From the NCBI GenBank assembly GCA_018985235.1, contig JADGIG010000003.1, forward strand, positions 57,008 to 77,007: a stretch of 20,000 nt of DNA, in the 5' to 3' direction. The stretch comes from Sanchytrium tribonematis (lineage: Eukaryota). Shown here one piece after another: positions 17,563-20,000 of this stretch. Each line of letters begins with the position of its first letter. Within the stretch, counting starts at the first letter, position 1. Under the pieces are notes generated by a model. It saw only the letters and a list, made by a program, of their open reading frames with translations, was not told where the DNA came from and made no database searches. Made by a program: the position numbers and the translations under genes.

Positions 17563-17699
17563 AGTGGACCCTATTATTCAATTTCAAAACTTGAGTCACA
17601 TCCATTTACCATGGAAACATTATTTACTCGATTATTGCTTCGGATTACAAGCTAATTATCATTAATTTTGAATTTGCTCCTGTTTCGTATAGTTTAGAA

Positions 17700-18467
17700 A
17701 TGCAACCGATATTTCATGTAGAATATTCTGAACCAAAACCATCAGACCCTTCCAAAAAGATATCATATAGACATGTTTATTATTCCAATAAAATTGAGAC
17801 ATTTGTTAAATATGCTTTCAATTGGTTGCCAATTAGTTTGACAAAGCTTGTCTGCAATCCCAAAACAATTGATTGCGAATCATGCCCGAAATTTACCCCA
17901 AACATAGATACTAAGAAAGACATAGAGGTCCTATATTTAGAATGTATAAATCAACATCATTCTCAAAATTTTGAGTACAAATCTAAAAAGTGGTATGAAA
18001 AGTTCAACTCAATGTATAATCAATCAAAGAAATATTCTATAGGGCAAAAGCGCAAAATAGAAATTCCCTTTTGGGAAGACGACTCAATTATGTCGGAAAA
18101 GCGACAGCGGTACGAAGACTTAGAACACACCACTTTGAAGGAATTTGAATCATTAGAAGATTCAGAAAAAACAATAACAGCCGCGGATGAAAACGATGTC
18201 ATAAATTCAAATATTCTATCTACCCCGAAAAAGTCAATTAAGCCATTAATTCAAAATACCCCATCTAAAATACTAGCGACTGAATTGGAATCTAAATTAG
18301 GTTCGATTTCTAGTCGAACAAACCCAATTGTGTGTCTCAGTGAAAATTCAATCGCTAAAGTTTGCGACACATGCCATTTATCAATTGAACCAAGCAATCA
18401 AAAAATATGCTTATCTAAAATATATGATACTGTAGATGCTTGGATGAAGGCGTATTACTCAGAGTAG
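17700..18467 (+). CDS. Hypothetical protein (255 aa) with two CxxC pairs and NLS-like basic patches
   Basis: ATG ORF preceded by CTCCT. CESC and CDTC, KRK and KRQR, two TP sites. No family recognised. Confidence 0.7.
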   Translation: MQPIFHVEYSEPKPSDPSKKISYRHVYYSNKIETFVKYAFNWLPISLTKLVCNPKTIDCESCPKFTPNIDTKKDIEVLYLECINQHHSQNFEYKSKKWYEKFNSMYNQSKKYSIGQKRKIEIPFWEDDSIMSEKRQRYEDLEHTTLKEFESLEDSEKTITAADENDVINSNILSTPKKSIKPLIQNTPSKILATELESKLGSISSRTNPIVCLSENSIAKVCDTCHLSIEPSNQKICLSKIYDTVDAWMKAYYSE

Positions 18468-18481
18468 TGAAAATAAAATCT

Positions 18482-19486
18482 TTATTGGCCCCATCCATAG
18501 TTTGATGGCAACTGAACATCCACATCCATATTCTCACCTTCTGGTGGTTCCCCGGAAACTTCTTTTTTCAAACTTGTGTACAGCAAGGCAAACTTTGCAT
18601 TTAAAACTTCGACAGCTTCTTCTACAATAAATCTTGCCCTAAGGGCCCCAGTTGATTCTAACTCAAAATAGAAAACACTAGGCTCTGTGTTAAGAAGAGC
18701 TTCACTGTCTCCAGAAGGGGGCATCTCCAGACTGGCATTCTTAGATCTTGGCCATTCTTTCTCGATAACATCGTCAGCGGGAACACCATCCGGGACTTCC
18801 ATTGGCGATCCTACCACCTTAGCGACTCCGTAGGTAGGAAATCCCTCGACTTGCTGCTCCAGCCAATATCTTGTATGTCGGAGCTTGTTATGAGGATCAT
18901 ACTCAAAAGCCAAACCAGCGACAGGTGACCACTTTGCGTGTTCTTTACCAACGCCTTTTTTCGCAATACAGTCGACTGTCAACGTCTGCCCTTTTGCAAG
19001 TCGAGTTATTAAAATACCCTGATCTACATAATTTTTAATGTTTCCGTATTTGTCGGGTATTTCAAAATCTGGTAAAACGAATGGAGGCACATTGTCAAAA
19101 TTAGCTTGCACAATTAAATCATTTGTGTCGACTCTCTTGTCTGTCCCTCTATCAGTATTTGTTTTATCAATTTGGTATACCACAGCACAATTATTGCAAT
19201 ATTCGTCACAAGTACAGTCTCGAGACGATTTTAAAGTTTTGAGAGAATTGTCTGAAATTAAAGGTATGAGACCCAATCTATGCGCTATATATTCATCTGG
19301 TAATACACTAGTATTAACAGTAAAATTAACTAGGTCGATCGCAATCGTGGGGACCTCTGCTACCATTGTACGTCGTAAGGCATTGGCGAGACCAATATAC
19401 GAATCTCTCAATATGAAAGATATCTCCAGATCGCTGACATCGGTGACTTCAATTTGTGTTTCGACAACATCAGTTTCTGCTGGCAT
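18482..19486 (-). CDS. RPB3: RNA polymerase II subunit RPB3
   Basis: LANALRRTMVAEVPTIAID, NTSVLPDEYIAHRLGLIPL, Zn loop CTCDEYCNNC, AKKGVGKEHAKWSP, FEYDPHNKLRHT, ESTGAL. First ATG at 19486. Confidence 0.97.
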   Translation of the reverse strand: MPAETDVVETQIEVTDVSDLEISFILRDSYIGLANALRRTMVAEVPTIAIDLVNFTVNTSVLPDEYIAHRLGLIPLISDNSLKTLKSSRDCTCDEYCNNCAVVYQIDKTNTDRGTDKRVDTNDLIVQANFDNVPPFVLPDFEIPDKYGNIKNYVDQGILITRLAKGQTLTVDCIAKKGVGKEHAKWSPVAGLAFEYDPHNKLRHTRYWLEQQVEGFPTYGVAKVVGSPMEVPDGVPADDVIEKEWPRSKNASLEMPPSGDSEALLNTEPSVFYFELESTGALRARFIVEEAVEVLNAKFALLYTSLKKEVSGEPPEGENMDVDVQLPSNYGWGQ

Positions 19487-19516
19487 TTTCAAGGAGGTAA
19501 GAAGAAAAGAAATTTT

Positions 19517-20000
19517 ATGATTCAATTGTACAGGCGATTCAATTCTTTACCAACACTGTCTCAAATCGATTTCCAAATAGACAAATTGCTGCCAAAAGAT
19601 TTCGTAACTGAAAATGTGCCAATTGAGGCAATTATCAAAATGTTTTACATAAATGAGCTTTGCGACCCTATAAAGCACGACTGGCATTCATCTATGCAAC
19701 CGATCTGGTCAATTGATGGAACGATTAAAGAAAGGGTGTCTTTATTAGACCACTTGATTCATATTAACCACAATATAGCACCTAATGCAACATTGGAAGC
19801 AACTTACAAGCAATTCGTCGAGCCGTTCACAGAATACGATAAAGCGGATCAATACATTAAAAGTGGTGGTTATGAGTTCTTAATGGATAAATTCGGAAGA
19901 GTCCATGGCTATGGTTCTCGCAAAAGAGCAAAATCAAATTTGTGGCTTGTGTACAATCCCAAGATTCAAACTGAACATCCAATTTTAATTAATAATAGAC
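19517..20000 (+). CDS. MRPS9: Mitochondrial ribosomal protein uS9m (3' partial; absent from ORF track)
   Basis: Open frame from ATG 19517 (MIQLYRRFNSL, presequence-like) to the window end. MDKFGRVHGYGSRKRAKSNLWLV...ILINNR matches uS9m LDEFGRS.AVG.RKSSTAKV...ILVNGR. Confidence 0.88.
   Translation, partial: MIQLYRRFNSLPTLSQIDFQIDKLLPKDFVTENVPIEAIIKMFYINELCDPIKHDWHSSMQPIWSIDGTIKERVSLLDHLIHINHNIAPNATLEATYKQFVEPFTEYDKADQYIKSGGYEFLMDKFGRVHGYGSRKRAKSNLWLVYNPKIQTEHPILINNR

Noticed and set aside
17571..17590. 20-nt GT-AG segment (GTTTTGAAATTGAATAATAG, minus strand) that could join ATG 17612 in frame to RPC31
   Set aside because: No A at -6, and the added residues (MVNGCDSRST) have no Rpc31 similarity. 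Possible but unsupported.
19491..19498. AAGGAGGT and other AAGGAG sites look like bacterial Shine-Dalgarno sequences
   Set aside because: The genes are eukaryotic, and the motif is mostly oriented as CTCCTT relative to the nearest ATG or too far away (18 nt from the uS9m ATG). Treated as the promoter-like element instead.
19038..19520. 160-aa plus-strand ORF and other short antisense ORFs (339-530, 2260-2514, 3753-3938, 4628-4959, 11943-12134, 13428-13679, 14831-15070, 17483-17665, 18020-18202)
   Set aside because: They lie antisense to well-supported genes and show no recognisable motifs.
1..20000. Alternative genetic code (stop-codon reassignment)
   Set aside because: Conserved proteins end at expected positions with TAA (QNS1), TAG (MTRR) and TGA (DPH3), and conserved domains have no internal stops. 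Sense-codon reassignment was not tested.
1..20000. tRNA/rRNA genes, transposons, CRISPR arrays, viral genes
   Set aside because: None recognisable, and no intergenic gap exceeds about 153 bp.

Overview
This is an extremely compact, AT-rich eukaryotic nuclear region with fungal/opisthokont-type proteins and the standard genetic code (TAA, TAG and TGA are all used as stops). I count 23 protein genes in 20 kb. Intergenic DNA totals only about 1.1 kb (about 94% coding), with overlapping or abutting convergent stops and divergent ATGs as close as 20 bp. Most genes are housekeeping: QNS1, divergent ELP4, METTL25-like, DPH3, NDUFB4, Sds3-like, PHB1, uS13m, PIG-B, an LPCAT-like acyltransferase, a shortened Rif1, ATP15 (missed by the ORF track), MTRR, RPC31-like, RPB3 and uS9m. 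There are also two tandem secreted/GPI-type alpha/beta hydrolases and an FG-GAP-like single-pass membrane protein. The main discovery is that every well-supported intron is exactly 19 nt (GT...TTNAYNTAG) with an invariant A six nt from the 3' end. Three are supported by reading-frame restoration (PHB1, the propeller gene, Rif1) and a fourth is a candidate. The second is a CTCCT(TG) element 5-24 nt upstream of 8 start codons, a candidate lineage-specific core promoter/TSS signal. Complex I, ATP synthase, mitoribosome genes and MTRR argue for an aerobic, non-Dikarya, non-microsporidian reduced lineage such as an early-diverging fungus or holomycotan. This taxonomy is inference only.
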